Shown: one piece after another, positions 19,604 to 32,180 of the stretch
How the letters are laid out: every line of letters begins with the position of its first letter
How positions within the stretch are numbered: position 1 is the stretch's first letter
NCBI GenBank assembly: GCA_965237415.1
Contig: CBDEFM010000001.1
Location: forward strand, 96,001-160,000
Length of the DNA: 64,000 nt
Direction: 5' to 3'
Origin: Alphaproteobacteria bacterium
Lineage (GTDB): Bacteria; Pseudomonadota; Alphaproteobacteria; UBA828
The notes under the pieces: model-generated
What the model saw: the letters and a program-made list of their open reading frames with translations, nothing else
Databases searched by the model: none
What the model was told of the DNA's origin: nothing
Translations under genes and position numbers: made by a program

Positions 19604-20410
19604 ATGCGTTACGACGACGGCGACGAGGCTCCCCTCCAACAGGCGGCGTACCGCACGGTGCGGGTCTGGCGGAGCGACCTCCGCACCACCCTTCTCTTCC
19701 TGACGCGCGTGCCGTTGAAGGCGGCACGGCCGGAGGGGGACACGCCGCCGCTCGGCCGCGCGGTTCGTGCCTTTCCCATCGTGGGCGCGCTCATCGGGCT
19801 CGTCGCCGGGATCGTCTACGGGATCGCCGCAGGGATCGGCCTGCCGGACATCGTGGCGGCGGTGCTCGCCGTCGGCGCCGGCGCGCTGGTCACCGGCGCG
19901 TTGCACGAGGACGGCCTTGCGGACATGGCCGACGGCTTCGGCGGCGGGCAAACGCGCGAGCGCAAGCTCGCGATCATGCGCGACAGCCGCATCGGCGCCT
20001 ACGGCGTGATCGCACTGGTGGTTGTGCTGGCGGCGAAGGCAGGCGCGATCGCGGACCTCGGCAGCACCGGCCTCGCGATCGCCGGCATGGTGGCCGCCGC
20101 GGCCGTCTCGCGCGCGGCGATGCCGGCGGTCATGCTGTGGACGGAGCCGGCACGGAGCGACGGCCTCGCGGCCGATGCGGGGAGGCCTCCGTCCGCCCAT
20201 GTGTGGACCGGCCTCGCGCTCGCGGCCGTGCTCGCCGTGGGTCTCCTGACCTGGAGCGGGCTCGTCGCCTTCCTCGTCGCGGGCGTCGGCGCTGCCGCAG
20301 TCGCCTGGCTTGCCGAGCGGCAAGTGGGCGGCCACACTGGGGATGTTCTGGGCGGCGTTCAACAGTTCTCAGAGGTCCTGTTCCTCCTCACCCTCGCGGC
20401 GGTTAGATGA
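19604..20410 (+). CDS. cobS: Adenosylcobinamide-GDP ribazoletransferase
   Basis: FLTRVP, TGALHEDGLADMADG, IMRDSRIGAYG, GGHTGDVLG. Confidence 0.93.
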   Translation: MRYDDGDEAPLQQAAYRTVRVWRSDLRTTLLFLTRVPLKAARPEGDTPPLGRAVRAFPIVGALIGLVAGIVYGIAAGIGLPDIVAAVLAVGAGALVTGALHEDGLADMADGFGGGQTRERKLAIMRDSRIGAYGVIALVVVLAAKAGAIADLGSTGLAIAGMVAAAAVSRAAMPAVMLWTEPARSDGLAADAGRPPSAHVWTGLALAAVLAVGLLTWSGLVAFLVAGVGAAAVAWLAERQVGGHTGDVLGGVQQFSEVLFLLTLAAVR

Positions 20411-21036
20411 ATTCTCGCACCATCGTGACCCGGTGGTGGTGGGTGCGCCACGCGCCCGTCACCGACCATGGCGGCCGGCTCTACGGCCGCACCAACGTGC
20501 TCGCCAACACCAGCGAGCGGCCGCCCTTCGAGGCGCTGGCCTGCGCGCTGCCCGAAGATGCCGTGTGGCTCACGAGCGACCTGCTGCGCACCCATCAGAC
20601 CGCCGACGCAATCGCCGAGGCCGGCCACGCGGTGCCGGCGAGGGCTATTGAGGCGGACCTGGACGAGCAGGATTTCGGTGCGTGGCAGGGGCTCACCTGG
20701 AACGAGGTCGCGACCGAGCGGGGCGGCCTCGCCCACAAGTACTGGGTTGCGCCGGCCCATGTGACCCCGCCGGAGGGCGAGAGCTTCGTCGACGTGATCG
20801 AGCGGGTCACCGCCGCCGTCACCCGCCGGACGACGCAGCACGCAGGCAGCGACATCGTTGCCGTGGCCCACGGGGGCTCGATCCGCGCCGCCCTCGCCCT
20901 CGCGCTCGGCCTCGATCCGGAACGCGCGCTGGCATTCAGCATCGACAACCTCTCGATCACCCGCATCGACCACGTGGAGGGACCCGCCAGGGGCGGCGCC
21001 TGGCGCGTCGCCGCGGTCAACCTGCCGGCGGTCTGA
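20407..21036 (+). CDS. cobC: Histidine phosphatase family protein (CobC-like alpha-ribazole phosphatase)
   Basis: VRHA, SDLLR, EQDFGAWQG, GES, AHGG; coupled to cobS. Confidence 0.75.
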   Translation: MNSRTIVTRWWWVRHAPVTDHGGRLYGRTNVLANTSERPPFEALACALPEDAVWLTSDLLRTHQTADAIAEAGHAVPARAIEADLDEQDFGAWQGLTWNEVATERGGLAHKYWVAPAHVTPPEGESFVDVIERVTAAVTRRTTQHAGSDIVAVAHGGSIRAALALALGLDPERALAFSIDNLSITRIDHVEGPARGGAWRVAAVNLPAV

Positions 21037-21113
21037 CGACGGGCCCAGGCACGCCAAGGGCCCGGACGCGCGGGCCGGCTGCGCAATACGGGCGGAGCGC
21101 GTAGACTCGCGCC

Positions 21114-22445
21114 ATGAAGCCCCAGGATGCGCCGAGCCTGTTCGAGGACGCAGCGCCGAGGCCGCTCGCCGACCGGTTGCGCCCGCGTGCGCTCGACGAG
21201 GTGGTGGGGCAGGATCACCTGCTGCGACCCGACGGCCCGCTCGGGCGGATGGTGGCGAGCGGCGCGCTGGCATCCACGATCCTCTGGGGGCCGCCCGGTT
21301 GCGGCAAGACCACGATTGCCCGCCTGCTCGCCGACCACACAGACATGTTGTTCGCGCCGCTCAGCGCGGTCTTCTCCGGCGTCGCCGAGCTGCGCAAGGT
21401 GTTCGCCGAAGCGCGCGACCGCCGTGTCGGCGGCATCGGCACGTTGCTTTTTGTCGACGAAATCCACCGCTTCAACCGGGCGCAGCAGGACGCCTTCCTG
21501 CCCGTGGTCGAGGACGGCACCGTCATCCTCGTCGGCGCCACCACCGAGAACCCCTCGTTCGAGCTTAACGGCGCCCTGCTCTCGCGCTGCGCGGTGCTGG
21601 TTCTCAACCGGCTCGGCGACAGCGCGCTGGAAACCCTGCTCGCGCGCGCCGAGGAGGCGGAGGGCCGCGCACTGCCGCTCAGCGCCGATGCCCGCCTCAT
21701 GCTGCGGGCCATGGCCGACGGCGACGGCCGCGCGCTCATCAACTTGGCCGAAGCGCTGTTCGCGGCCGGCGCCAGCACGCCGCTCGACGTGCCTCAGCTG
21801 ATGGAGACAGTGCAGCGCCGCGCGCCGCTCTACGACAAGTCGCAGGAGGGCCACTACAACCTGATCTCGGCCTTGCACAAGTCGCTGCGCGGCTCGGACA
21901 CCGACGCCGCGCTCTACTGGCTCGCCCGCATGCTCGCCGGCGGTGAGGACCCCCGCTATATCGCCCGCCGCCTCGTGCGTTTCGCGGTCGAGGATGTGGG
22001 GCTCGCCGACCCGGACGCGCTGCCGCAGGCGCTCGCCGGCTGGGAGGCTTATGAGCGGCTGGGATCGCCCGAAGGCGAGCTCGCCATCGCCCAGACCGTG
22101 ATCTATCTCGGCACGGCGGCGAAATCGAACGCGAGCTACCGTGCCCTCTCGCACGCCATGGCATCGGCCCGCGAGACCGGCTCGCTGATGCCGCCCAAGC
22201 ACATCCTCAACGCGCCGACGCGGCTGATGAAGGACCTCGGCTACGGCAAGGGCTATGTCTACGACCACGACACGGAGGAAGGATTCTCGGCCCAGAACTA
22301 TTTTCCCGAGGGGATGGCGCGGCGCAGCTTCTACGAGCCGTTGGCGCGCGGCTTCGAGCGCGAGGTGCTGAAGCGCCTCGCCTACTGGCAGAAGCTGCGC
22401 GAGGCCGCCGGCGACGACGGGGCGGACGCGGAGGACGACGGGTGA
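21114..22445 (+). CDS. rarA: Replication-associated recombination protein A (AAA+)
   Basis: PLADRLRP, GPPGCGKT, DEIHRFN, ATTENPSF, ISALHKSLRGSD. Confidence 0.95.
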   Translation: MKPQDAPSLFEDAAPRPLADRLRPRALDEVVGQDHLLRPDGPLGRMVASGALASTILWGPPGCGKTTIARLLADHTDMLFAPLSAVFSGVAELRKVFAEARDRRVGGIGTLLFVDEIHRFNRAQQDAFLPVVEDGTVILVGATTENPSFELNGALLSRCAVLVLNRLGDSALETLLARAEEAEGRALPLSADARLMLRAMADGDGRALINLAEALFAAGASTPLDVPQLMETVQRRAPLYDKSQEGHYNLISALHKSLRGSDTDAALYWLARMLAGGEDPRYIARRLVRFAVEDVGLADPDALPQALAGWEAYERLGSPEGELAIAQTVIYLGTAAKSNASYRALSHAMASARETGSLMPPKHILNAPTRLMKDLGYGKGYVYDHDTEEGFSAQNYFPEGMARRSFYEPLARGFEREVLKRLAYWQKLREAAGDDGADAEDDG

Positions 22446-22831
22446 AGATCGCGCTCGCCATCGCGCTGGGCGGCGCACTGGGTTCCGTCGGGCGATACTA
22501 CGTCATGGGCGCTGCCGAGCGCTGGCTCGCATCGCTCATCGGGGCGGGTTTCCCTTACGGCACCCTGACCGTCAACGTCGTGGGCTCCTTCATCCTCGGC
22601 GCGCTGGTGCAGGGGCTCGCGGTCTCCTTCGACGCGGGAGAGGTGGTGCAGCGTTTCCTCTTCGTGGGGCTTCTCGGTGGCTTCACCACCTTCTCCGCCT
22701 TCTCGGCGGACAGCATCGCCATGCTGGAGCGGGGCGATGTCGGCCGGGCGCTGCTCTATATCGCGCTCTCGGTCGTTCTCTCGGTCGGCGGCTTCTATTG
22801 CGGGCTCAAGCTGGTACGCGGGGTGCTCTGA
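22442..22831 (+). CDS. crcB: Fluoride efflux channel
   Basis: FPYGTLTVN, GLLGGFTTFSAFS. Confidence 0.95.
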   Translation: MKIALAIALGGALGSVGRYYVMGAAERWLASLIGAGFPYGTLTVNVVGSFILGALVQGLAVSFDAGEVVQRFLFVGLLGGFTTFSAFSADSIAMLERGDVGRALLYIALSVVLSVGGFYCGLKLVRGVL

Positions 22832-22832
22832 C

Positions 22833-23825
22833 GTGAGCGGCGTCGCCACCCTGGAGATCGCACCCGAGGACGGCGCTCAGCGGCTCGACCGCTGGTTCAA
22901 GCGGCACTACCCCGCCATCGGGCACGGGCGCCTGGAGAAGCTGCTGCGCACCGGCCAGATCCGCGTGAACGGCAAGCGCGCCCGCGCCGGCACCCGACTG
23001 GCGTCAGGCGACCGGGTCCGCGTGCCGCCGCTTCCCGAAGGCGGCGAGGACCGCGCGCCGCGCCGCGCCCTGCCGCCGATGGACGAGGCGGATGTCGACA
23101 TGGTGCAGGCGGCGGTCATCTACCGCGACGGCGATATGATCGCGCTCAACAAGCCGCCCGGCCTGCCGGTGCAGGGCGGCAGCCGCGTCGCCCGCCACCT
23201 CGACGCGATGCTCGACGCGCTCCGCTTCGACGCAGCGGATGCGCCACGTCTCGTCCACCGGCTCGACCGCGACACCAGCGGCGTTCTCCTGCTCGCCCGC
23301 CACGCGGCAGCGGCGCGAGAGCTCACCGCCCTCTTTCGCAGTCGGCAGTTGCAAAAACTCTATTGGGCACTGGTCGTTGGCGTGCCGAAGCCGACGCAGG
23401 GACGGATCGACGCGCCGCTCGCGAAGCGTCAGGTGGGCGCGGGCGAGCGGGTGATCGCGACCGCGAAGGGCGGCCAGCGCGCGATAACGGACTACGCACT
23501 GATCGATACGGCCGGACGGCGCCTCTCCTGGCTCGCGCTCATGCCGCGCACGGGCCGCACCCATCAGCTCCGCGCCCACACCGCGTCGGTCTTCGACCAC
23601 CCCGTCGTCGGCGACGGCAAGTACGGCGGCGAAGCGGCGTTCCCGGCCGGCTTCGAGCCCCGCTTGCACCTCCACGCCCGTGCGCTGGCGCTTCCCCGGC
23701 CCGGCGGCAAGGCGTTGGTTCTCACCGCGCCGCTGCCGGCGCACATGGCCGCCGCGTGGCGCTTTCTGGGCTTCGATCCGGAGCCTGCCGAAGACCATTT
23801 TGCGCTCTTCGAGGCCGCGCCGTGA
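22833..23825 (+). CDS. RluA/RluC-family pseudouridine synthase
   Basis: S4 domain (QRLDRW), HRLDRDTSG, TGRTHQLR, GDGKYG; GTG start. Confidence 0.93.
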   Translation: MSGVATLEIAPEDGAQRLDRWFKRHYPAIGHGRLEKLLRTGQIRVNGKRARAGTRLASGDRVRVPPLPEGGEDRAPRRALPPMDEADVDMVQAAVIYRDGDMIALNKPPGLPVQGGSRVARHLDAMLDALRFDAADAPRLVHRLDRDTSGVLLLARHAAAARELTALFRSRQLQKLYWALVVGVPKPTQGRIDAPLAKRQVGAGERVIATAKGGQRAITDYALIDTAGRRLSWLALMPRTGRTHQLRAHTASVFDHPVVGDGKYGGEAAFPAGFEPRLHLHARALALPRPGGKALVLTAPLPAHMAAAWRFLGFDPEPAEDHFALFEAAP

Positions 23826-24532
23826 GCGGAACCAAGCCGAAGCGCTTCTACGACACGGCAACGGCAGTGGAAGCCGCCGGCGGGCACGGGATCGCGCTCG
23901 ACGGCAAGCCGGTACGCACGCCTGCCGGCCGGCCGCTGGCAATGCCGGGCGCGGCGCTTGCGGGTGCGCTCGCTGAGGAATGGGACGCGCAGGGGGAGAC
24001 CATCGACCGCGAGACCATGCCGCTCACCCGCCTCGTCTGCACCGGGCTGGACTTGGTGCCTGAGAAGCGGACGGACATCGTGGCCGAGGTCGCGGCCTAT
24101 GCCGAGACAGACCTCGTCTGCTATCGCACCGACGAGCCGCCGACCCTCGCCCGGCGCCAGGCAGCCGCGTGGCAGCCGCTGGTGGCCTGGGCGGCGGAGC
24201 GGTACGGCGCCGACCTTGCGGTCACGACCTCGATTACCCCCATCTCGCAGACGCCGGACGCGTTAGCCGCGCTTCGTGACGCCGTCGAGGCGGAAAACGA
24301 CTTTGCGCTTGCTGCGCTAAGCCTTGCCGCCCGGAGCTTCGGCTCGGTGGTGATCGCGTTCGCCATGCGCGAGGCGCGGCTCGATGCAGAGGCCGCCGCC
24401 GACGCCTCGCTGATCGACGAGCGCTATCAGCTTGAGCGCTGGGGCGAGGACGCGGAGCTTGCCGCCCGCTGCGCCCGCGTCGCCCGCGACGCGGCGGACG
24501 CCGAGCGCCTGTTTCGCCTCCTCGCCGCCTGA
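23822..24532 (+). CDS. ATP12-family F1-ATPase chaperone
   Basis: KRFY, LDGKPVRTP, EW, MPLTRL, TDLVCYR, QLERWGED. Confidence 0.9.
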   Translation: MSGTKPKRFYDTATAVEAAGGHGIALDGKPVRTPAGRPLAMPGAALAGALAEEWDAQGETIDRETMPLTRLVCTGLDLVPEKRTDIVAEVAAYAETDLVCYRTDEPPTLARRQAAAWQPLVAWAAERYGADLAVTTSITPISQTPDALAALRDAVEAENDFALAALSLAARSFGSVVIAFAMREARLDAEAAADASLIDERYQLERWGEDAELAARCARVARDAADAERLFRLLAA

Positions 24533-24639
24533 CCGGACGCGTCGGATGGCGCGGTGGCGCTTGCATCGGACAGGGCCTGCGGATAGGGTGGCGCCACGGT
24601 GGGCGGGCGGCAGCCGGCTCACCATTAGGAGAATGACCC

Positions 24640-25026
24640 ATGGCGCGCGTGACGGTCGAAGATTGCGTTGGCATGGTGCCGAACCGGTTCGAGCTCGTGC
24701 TGCTCGCGGCGCGGCGCGCCCGCGACATCCGCTCGGGCGCCGAGCTTACGGTCGAGCGGGATAACGACAAGAACGCCGTCGTCGCGCTCCGCGAAATCGC
24801 GGAGGAGGCGATCGATCTCGAAACGCTCCGTTACGATCTCGAGCATGGGCGGGAAGTCGATACCGAGATCGACGAGCCGGACGAAGACACCATGGCGGTG
24901 TTGGCGGCCGAGGCTGCCTGGGCCGGCGTGACCGCCCAGACGACGACCGGCGAGGAGGCAGGCGCGCACGTCGACGAGGCCGACCCATCCGGACCGCCGG
25001 AGACCGCGGCGAAAGCCGAGGAGTAG
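24640..25026 (+). CDS. rpoZ: RNA polymerase omega subunit
   Basis: MARVTVEDC...NRFELV...[14 protein letters not shown]. Confidence 0.97.
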   Translation: MARVTVEDCVGMVPNRFELVLLAARRARDIRSGAELTVERDNDKNAVVALREIAEEAIDLETLRYDLEHGREVDTEIDEPDEDTMAVLAAEAAWAGVTAQTTTGEEAGAHVDEADPSGPPETAAKAEE

Positions 25027-25117
25027 CGCCGGCCGGCGGCGCACTGGGCGCGGCGCGGCCGCTGCCCGCACCCCTGCGGAGGGCTTCCGCCGGCGCCGGC
25101 GGGGCATATCAGCGGCT

Positions 25118-27268
25118 GTGATCCGGCAATACGAACTCGTCGAGCGCGTCAAGAGCTACGAGCCCGCAGCGGACGAAGCTCTGCTCAACCGTGCCTACGT
25201 CTTCTCGATGAAGGCGCACGGCGCGCAGACCCGCGCCAGCGGCGACCCCTATTTCGCCCATCCGATCGAGGTCGCCGGCATCCTGACCGAGCTCAAGCTA
25301 GACAGCACGTCGATCGCGACCGCGCTGCTCCACGACACCGTGGAGGACACGGGCACCACAGTCGAGCAGATCGGCACGCTGTTCGGCGAGGAGACCGCGC
25401 GGCTCGTTGACGGCGTGACCAAGTTGAGCCGGCTGGAGCTGCAATCCGATCAGGCGCATCAGGCCGAGAACCTGCGTAAGTTCCTGCTCGCGCTGTCGGA
25501 AGACATCCGCGTTCTCCTTGTTAAGCTCGCCGACCGGCTGCACAACATGCGCACGCTCCATTACGTGCCGGACGAGCGAAAGCGGCAGCGGATCGCCAAG
25601 GAGACGATGGAGATATACGCGCCGCTCGCGGAGCGCATCGGCCTGCAGGCCTTCAAGGCGGAGCTCGAAGATCTCGCCTTCAAGGAGCTCAACCCCGACG
25701 GCTTCCACACCATGGAGACGCGGCTCAAGGCGCTCCGCGATCAGGCCGGCGGCATGGTCGAGCGGGTCACCGAGTCCCTTACCGCGACGCTCAGGAAGCA
25801 GCGGCTCCGGGCAACGGTCGCGGGCCGGGAAAAGCGGCCCTACTCCATTTGGGAAAAGATGCAGCGCAAGAAGCTCGCCTTCGAGCAGCTTACCGATATT
25901 GTGGGCTTCCGCGTCGTCACCGACAGCGAAGAGGATTGCTACCGGGCGCTCGGTATCGTGCACCGTGCCTATCCGATGGTGCCGGGCCGCTTCAAGGACT
26001 ACATCTCGACGCCCAAGCCCAACGGGTACCGCTCGCTCCACACCGCGGTGATCGGGCCCGAGCAGCGCCGCATCGAAATCCAGATTCGCACCCGCGACAT
26101 GCACGAAGAGGCCGAGTACGGCGTCGCGGCCCATTGGCTGTTCAAGCAGGCGGGCGACGTCCGCGACGTCCGTCAGCAGCGCTGGCTTCGCCCGTTGCTC
26201 GAAATCCTCGACAAGGCCTCGGGGCCCGAGGAGCTGCTCGAGCACACCAAGCTCGAGATGTTTCAGGACGAGGTGTTCTGCTTCTCGCCGCGCGGGGCGC
26301 TGATCTCGCTGCCGCGCGGCGCAACGCCGGTCGATTTCGCCTATGCGGTGCACACCGATGTGGGCGACACGACGGTCGGCGCCAAGGTCAACGGGCGCAT
26401 GGTGCCGCTCTGGACCCAGCTGGAGAACGGCGATCAGGTGGAGATCCTGCGCTCGCGGGTCCCCCAGCCGCAGCCGGCCTGGGAACGATTTGTGGTGACC
26501 GGCAAGGCGCGAACCTGCATCCGCCGCTTCACCCGGCTCCAGGAGCGGGAACAGTTCATCGCCCTCGGCCGGGCCGTCGCCGAAAAACTCTGCCGCGAGG
26601 CCGGCGCGGATTACTCCGAGGCGCTGCTGGAGGGTGCGCTCTCCCGCCTCAAGCAGCGCTCCGTGAGCGACCTGCTGGCCGCCCTCGGGCGCGGCGATCT
26701 CACCAGCGGCGAAGTCGCCGACGCCCTCTTCCCCGCCCGCAGTCTCCAGGGCATCGCGCGCCGCGCGCTCTCGGTCGCGCGCGGCCGGCGCGGCACCAAG
26801 GCCGGCGACCGCGGCATCCCCGTGCGCGGCCTGATTCCGGGCATGGCCGTGCATCTCGCCGAGTGCTGCAACCCGTTGCCCGGCGAGCGCATCGTCGGCA
26901 TCGTCACCACCGGCAAGGGTGTGACGATCCACACCATCGACTGCGACACGCTAGAGAGTTTTGGGGACACGCCCGAGCGTTGGCTCGATCTCGCCTGGGA
27001 AGGGGACGCGGAAGAAAAGGGAGTCCATGTCGGCCGTCTCAACCTGGTGGTCGCCAACGAAACCGGGAGCCTCAGCCAGTTGACCACCGCGATCGCCAAG
27101 AACAATGGCAACATCAGCAACCTCAAGATCACCAAACGCTCGCTGGATTTCTTCGAGATGCTGGTCGATATCGAGGTCAAGGACGCCAGACACCTGGGCA
27201 ACATCATGGCAGCCTTGCGGGCGGTAACGACAGTGAGCAGTGTGGAGCGCGAGCGGGCGCGCCATTAG
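25118..27268 (+). CDS. spoT: Bifunctional (p)ppGpp synthetase/hydrolase (Rsh)
   Basis: HD domain (LLHDTVED), [21 protein letters not shown] domains; follows rpoZ. Confidence 0.96.
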   Translation: MIRQYELVERVKSYEPAADEALLNRAYVFSMKAHGAQTRASGDPYFAHPIEVAGILTELKLDSTSIATALLHDTVEDTGTTVEQIGTLFGEETARLVDGVTKLSRLELQSDQAHQAENLRKFLLALSEDIRVLLVKLADRLHNMRTLHYVPDERKRQRIAKETMEIYAPLAERIGLQAFKAELEDLAFKELNPDGFHTMETRLKALRDQAGGMVERVTESLTATLRKQRLRATVAGREKRPYSIWEKMQRKKLAFEQLTDIVGFRVVTDSEEDCYRALGIVHRAYPMVPGRFKDYISTPKPNGYRSLHTAVIGPEQRRIEIQIRTRDMHEEAEYGVAAHWLFKQAGDVRDVRQQRWLRPLLEILDKASGPEELLEHTKLEMFQDEVFCFSPRGALISLPRGATPVDFAYAVHTDVGDTTVGAKVNGRMVPLWTQLENGDQVEILRSRVPQPQPAWERFVVTGKARTCIRRFTRLQEREQFIALGRAVAEKLCREAGADYSEALLEGALSRLKQRSVSDLLAALGRGDLTSGEVADALFPARSLQGIARRALSVARGRRGTKAGDRGIPVRGLIPGMAVHLAECCNPLPGERIVGIVTTGKGVTIHTIDCDTLESFGDTPERWLDLAWEGDAEEKGVHVGRLNLVVANETGSLSQLTTAIAKNNGNISNLKITKRSLDFFEMLVDIEVKDARHLGNIMAALRAVTTVSSVERERARH

Positions 27269-27414
27269 CCACTGAACCGAACCGAAGCCGCAAGGATTCG
27301 GCGCTGTGCCTGCGGGCGCCGCACCGAGCCAAATTGTGTAATTGCGGCTCTGGCCGTATATTCCACGCGCCCCAGCCGGAGACCGGCGCGGGGTCGAATA
27401 TGGAGGGAGACGGG

Positions 27415-28749
<1,335 letters not shown>

Positions 28750-28766
28750 CCATACGCCTGAGAGAC

Positions 28767-28842
28767 TGGCGTCCCCAGGGGGACTCGAACCCCCGTTTCC
28801 GGCGTGAGAGGCCGGTGTCCTAGGCCACTAGACGATGGGGAC
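28767..28842 (-). tRNA. tRNA-Glu (anticodon CTC)
   Basis: Reverse complement GTCCCCA...CCGGC CT CTC AC GCCGG...GGTTCGAGTCC...TGGGGAC G CCA; 76 nt cloverleaf. Confidence 0.96.
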
Positions 28843-28995
28843 GCGGCCCACCGGAGATAACCCAGAACGGCCGCGAACTCAACTGCCGGTCCGGACGGCC
28901 CTGTCAGCATCGCGGTCGGTCTTGCGCACCTTGGTTGAGGACGTTTTGGATTTCGTGGGCCCGGCGGCGGTGCGGCCGGGAGGAGGCGGTTCCCG

Positions 28996-30021
28996 ATGTT
29001 CGAGGAGCTGGGATTCGAGGAACTGACACCGATCACAGCCTCGGTCGTGCTGGGTCTGGTGCTCGGCTGCGCCTATGGCGCCTTGGCGCAGCGCAGTGCC
29101 TTCTGCCTGCGCCGCAGCCTGGTCGGCCAGTGGCGCGATTGTCTGCCGGCGCTGGGCGCCTGGGCGATGGCACTGGCGTGTGCGATTGCCGGAACCCGGC
29201 TGGCCGTTGCCACCGACCTGATCTCCTTCGAGGCGCACCGATTTCTCGCGTCCGACGTGCCGGTCGCTTCCGCGCTGTTGGGCGGCGCGCTATTCGGCGC
29301 CGGAATGGTGCTGACGGGAGGCTGCGTTTCGCGCCTTACGGTGCTGGTCGGCACAGGTAATTTGCGCGCCCTGTTCGTCCTGCTCGTCTTCGCCGTCACC
29401 GCCCATGCGGTGATGAAAGGTGCGTTGGCGCCAGTGCGTGAGGCGCTCGGCGCCGCAACCATTCATGGTGGAGAGGCAACAGCGCTCACGGTACTGCCCG
29501 GCGGCGAGGTCTGGCCGCTCGTCCTTGCGGCCGCAGCAGCAACTCTTGCCTTCTTCTCCGGCGCTCGAATCTCCCATCTGGCGATGGCTGGTGCGATCGG
29601 GCTGCTGGTGCCGCTCGGCTGGATCGGCACGGGGTTCGTGCTGCTGGACGATTTCGATCCGATCCCCGTGCAGTCGATGGGCTTCACGGGGCCGATGGCC
29701 GACACGCTGTTCTGGGCCGTGGCGGCGACATCGATTCCGGCAGGCTTCGGCACAGGCCTTGCGGCCGGCGTCTTGGTCGGCAGCCTGGTGGCGGCGCTGG
29801 CGGCCGGCGAGTTCCATTGGCAGAGCCTGGAAGGCCCGCGGCAGACCGGGCGTTACCTTGCCGGCGCCGTGATGATGGGTGTGGGCGGCGTGCTGGCGGG
29901 CGGCTGCACGGTCGGCGCCGGTCTTTCCGGCGTCTCGACGGCAAGCCTTGCCGCCCTGCTCGCGCTCGCCGCCATGGCAGCCTCGGCGAGGGCCGTAGGC
30001 GTGCTCCTCGCCGCCCGCTAG
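28996..30021 (+). CDS. YeeE/YedE-family sulfur-compound transporter (SoxT-like)
   Basis: RSAFCLR, GMVLTGGC, GGVLAGGC cysteine motifs; multi-TM. Confidence 0.88.
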   Translation: MFEELGFEELTPITASVVLGLVLGCAYGALAQRSAFCLRRSLVGQWRDCLPALGAWAMALACAIAGTRLAVATDLISFEAHRFLASDVPVASALLGGALFGAGMVLTGGCVSRLTVLVGTGNLRALFVLLVFAVTAHAVMKGALAPVREALGAATIHGGEATALTVLPGGEVWPLVLAAAAATLAFFSGARISHLAMAGAIGLLVPLGWIGTGFVLLDDFDPIPVQSMGFTGPMADTLFWAVAATSIPAGFGTGLAAGVLVGSLVAALAAGEFHWQSLEGPRQTGRYLAGAVMMGVGGVLAGGCTVGAGLSGVSTASLAALLALAAMAASARAVGVLLAAR

Positions 30022-30075
30022 CGCTCGGCAGCCGCTGCGGCGTTTCCGCTCGGAGCAGAAACGCCGCCAACAGGC

Positions 30076-31371
30076 TCAGCTGAACATGTCCCCGATGATG
30101 GCGGCGTACCAGCCGAGCGATTCTCCGTAGGTCGCCTTGCGCAGCTCCGCGCTTTCCCCGGTCTGGGAAATGAAGCCGTCGGTCTTGGCAATCTTCTCGT
30201 CGGTCGCTTCGTAGGAGGCACCGACCTTGACGCCGTCATCGGTGCCGATGAGCGACCAGCAGGTGTTGGAGTAGCGCGGCGGGAACACCGTGGACCCGGT
30301 GAGCGCCCCGCGCACCGCCATGGCACAGACCTTCGCCTGGCTGTTGGCCGAGAAGCCCGACTTCGGCATGTCGCCCTGCAGCGCGGCGTCGCCCAGCACA
30401 TGGATATTGTCGTCTGCCCGGCTCTGCATGGTGTGCGGCACGATCGGCGCCCAGCCGGACTCGTCGGTGATGTCCGCAAGCGCTGCGATGCGCCCCGCCT
30501 GCTGCGCGGGGATGACGTTGCAGACATCCACCTTCATCGCCTCGCCGTCCACCACCACTTCCATGGTGTCGGGCCGCACCTCGACCTTATCGCCGCCGAA
30601 GTCCGGCCCGATGCGCTCGACCATGCCAGCGTAGTGGCGCTGCCAGCCGTCCTCGAACAACCCCTGCTTGGAGAACTTCTCCTTGGGATCGACGATCAGG
30701 ATCTTCGCCGTCGGATTGGCGTGCTTCAGGACATGGGCCACCATCGAGATCCGCTCGTAGGGCCCCGGCGGGCAGCGGAACGGGTTCGGCGGGGCCACCA
30801 TGCAATAGGTGCCTCCCTGCGGCATGGCCTCGATCTGCGCCTTGAGAAGTTGGGTCTGCGAGCCCGCCTTGTAGGCGTGCGGCATGCGGTTCTGCTGCGA
30901 CAGGTCCCAGCCGGGAACGGACCCATCGCGGAAGTCGATGCCCGGCGAGAGCACGAGGCGGTCGTAGGCCAGGCTGCCCCCGCCCGCGAGCCCCACGCTG
31001 CGCTTGTCGCGGTCGATGGAGACCGCCCAGTCGTGCACCACGTTGATCCCGTGATTTGCGGCCAGCGCGCCGTAGCTGTGCCCGATCGACGTCCAGTCGC
31101 GGAAGCCGCCGATATAGAGGTTCGAGAAGAAGCAGGTGTAGTAGACGCGGCTCGGTTCCACGAGCGTTACATCCACAGCACCCTTCGAATCCTTGGCGAT
31201 GTAGCGCGCAGCCGTTGCACCGCCCGCGCCGCCGCCCACGACCACGACGCGGGGGCGGCCCTCGGCGAGCACCGCCGGCGCCGACAGCGCCGATACCGCC
31301 GTTGTCGCCGCGGCCGCGGATGCAAGGAATCCGCGGCGGCTCAGACCGCTCTTTCCGTTCTGTTTGCTCAT
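30076..31371 (-). CDS. soxF: Flavocytochrome c sulfide dehydrogenase flavoprotein subunit
   Basis: SRRGFL Tat signal, VVGGGAGG, YYTCFFSN, RCPPGPYER, NTCWS. Confidence 0.9.
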   Translation of the reverse strand: MSKQNGKSGLSRRGFLASAAAATTAVSALSAPAVLAEGRPRVVVVGGGAGGATAARYIAKDSKGAVDVTLVEPSRVYYTCFFSNLYIGGFRDWTSIGHSYGALAANHGINVVHDWAVSIDRDKRSVGLAGGGSLAYDRLVLSPGIDFRDGSVPGWDLSQQNRMPHAYKAGSQTQLLKAQIEAMPQGGTYCMVAPPNPFRCPPGPYERISMVAHVLKHANPTAKILIVDPKEKFSKQGLFEDGWQRHYAGMVERIGPDFGGDKVEVRPDTMEVVVDGEAMKVDVCNVIPAQQAGRIAALADITDESGWAPIVPHTMQSRADDNIHVLGDAALQGDMPKSGFSANSQAKVCAMAVRGALTGSTVFPPRYSNTCWSLIGTDDGVKVGASYEATDEKIAKTDGFISQTGESAELRKATYGESLGWYAAIIGDMFS

Positions 31372-31388
31372 CACGCGTTTCCCTTGGT

Positions 31389-32180
31389 TCACGGGTCGTC
31401 GTCCGCCCTGTGCAAATATGCAGCGAGAGCGGCGATCTCCTCGTCCGACAAGCGCCCGGCCACAAGCTGCATGACGGGATGGACCCTCTTTCCGCGCTTG
31501 TAGGCGTGCAAGGCTATCACGAAGTCATCGGGCGGCCATCCGGTTATCGAGGGGATGCCCTCGTCGGCTCCGTCCGTCCGGTGGCAGGTGGTGCATTCCC
31601 CTGCAAGATAGGCGCCGTATTCGGGGTCTCCCCGGATGGCGAGGATTTTCGGGTCGAGGCCGTATTCCTCGGGCGTGGCGGTCGGCTCCGCCGGCGGAAG
31701 ATCGGAGCGGTTACCGGAGAAGCCGCGTAGCCATGCCAGCAGGTACACCCTGTCGTCCGCTCCCGCCATGCCTGCAAAGCTCATGCGCGAGCTCGGCACG
31801 AGTGCGGGCGGGTCGGAGAGGAACGCATCCAGTGTCGCCTCGGTCCAGACCAGGCCGCCGGCACCGGCAGCCTTCATCGCCTGGGAGTAGCGAAAATCCG
31901 CGAGCGAGCCGGCCGCGCGGCCGAAGACATCGTTCAGGTGCGGGCCGATCCGATGCTCCGCGCCGCCGCCCACCTGATGGCAACGCTTGCATTGGCCGAA
32001 GAGCGCCTTGCCGCGACCGGCATCGGCCCCCCATGCGCCGGCGGCAGGGAGCACTAGCAGCCCTACGGCGAGCAGGCCGGAGGCGAGACATGCCGCAAGG
32101 CCGGTCGTCCAGGACCAGTGTCGCCCGAAGGCTCTAGCCGACCTCAATCCGTTTGCTAAGGCTGTACACGGAGCCGTCAT
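31389..32180 (-). CDS. soxE: Diheme cytochrome c (SoxE-like)
   Basis: Two CxxCH motifs (CKRCH, CTTCH) and a signal peptide; adjacent to soxF. Start uncertain. Confidence 0.8.
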   Translation of the reverse strand: MTAPCTALANGLRSARAFGRHWSWTTGLAACLASGLLAVGLLVLPAAGAWGADAGRGKALFGQCKRCHQVGGGAEHRIGPHLNDVFGRAAGSLADFRYSQAMKAAGAGGLVWTEATLDAFLSDPPALVPSSRMSFAGMAGADDRVYLLAWLRGFSGNRSDLPPAEPTATPEEYGLDPKILAIRGDPEYGAYLAGECTTCHRTDGADEGIPSITGWPPDDFVIALHAYKRGKRVHPVMQLVAGRLSDEEIAALAAYLHRADDDP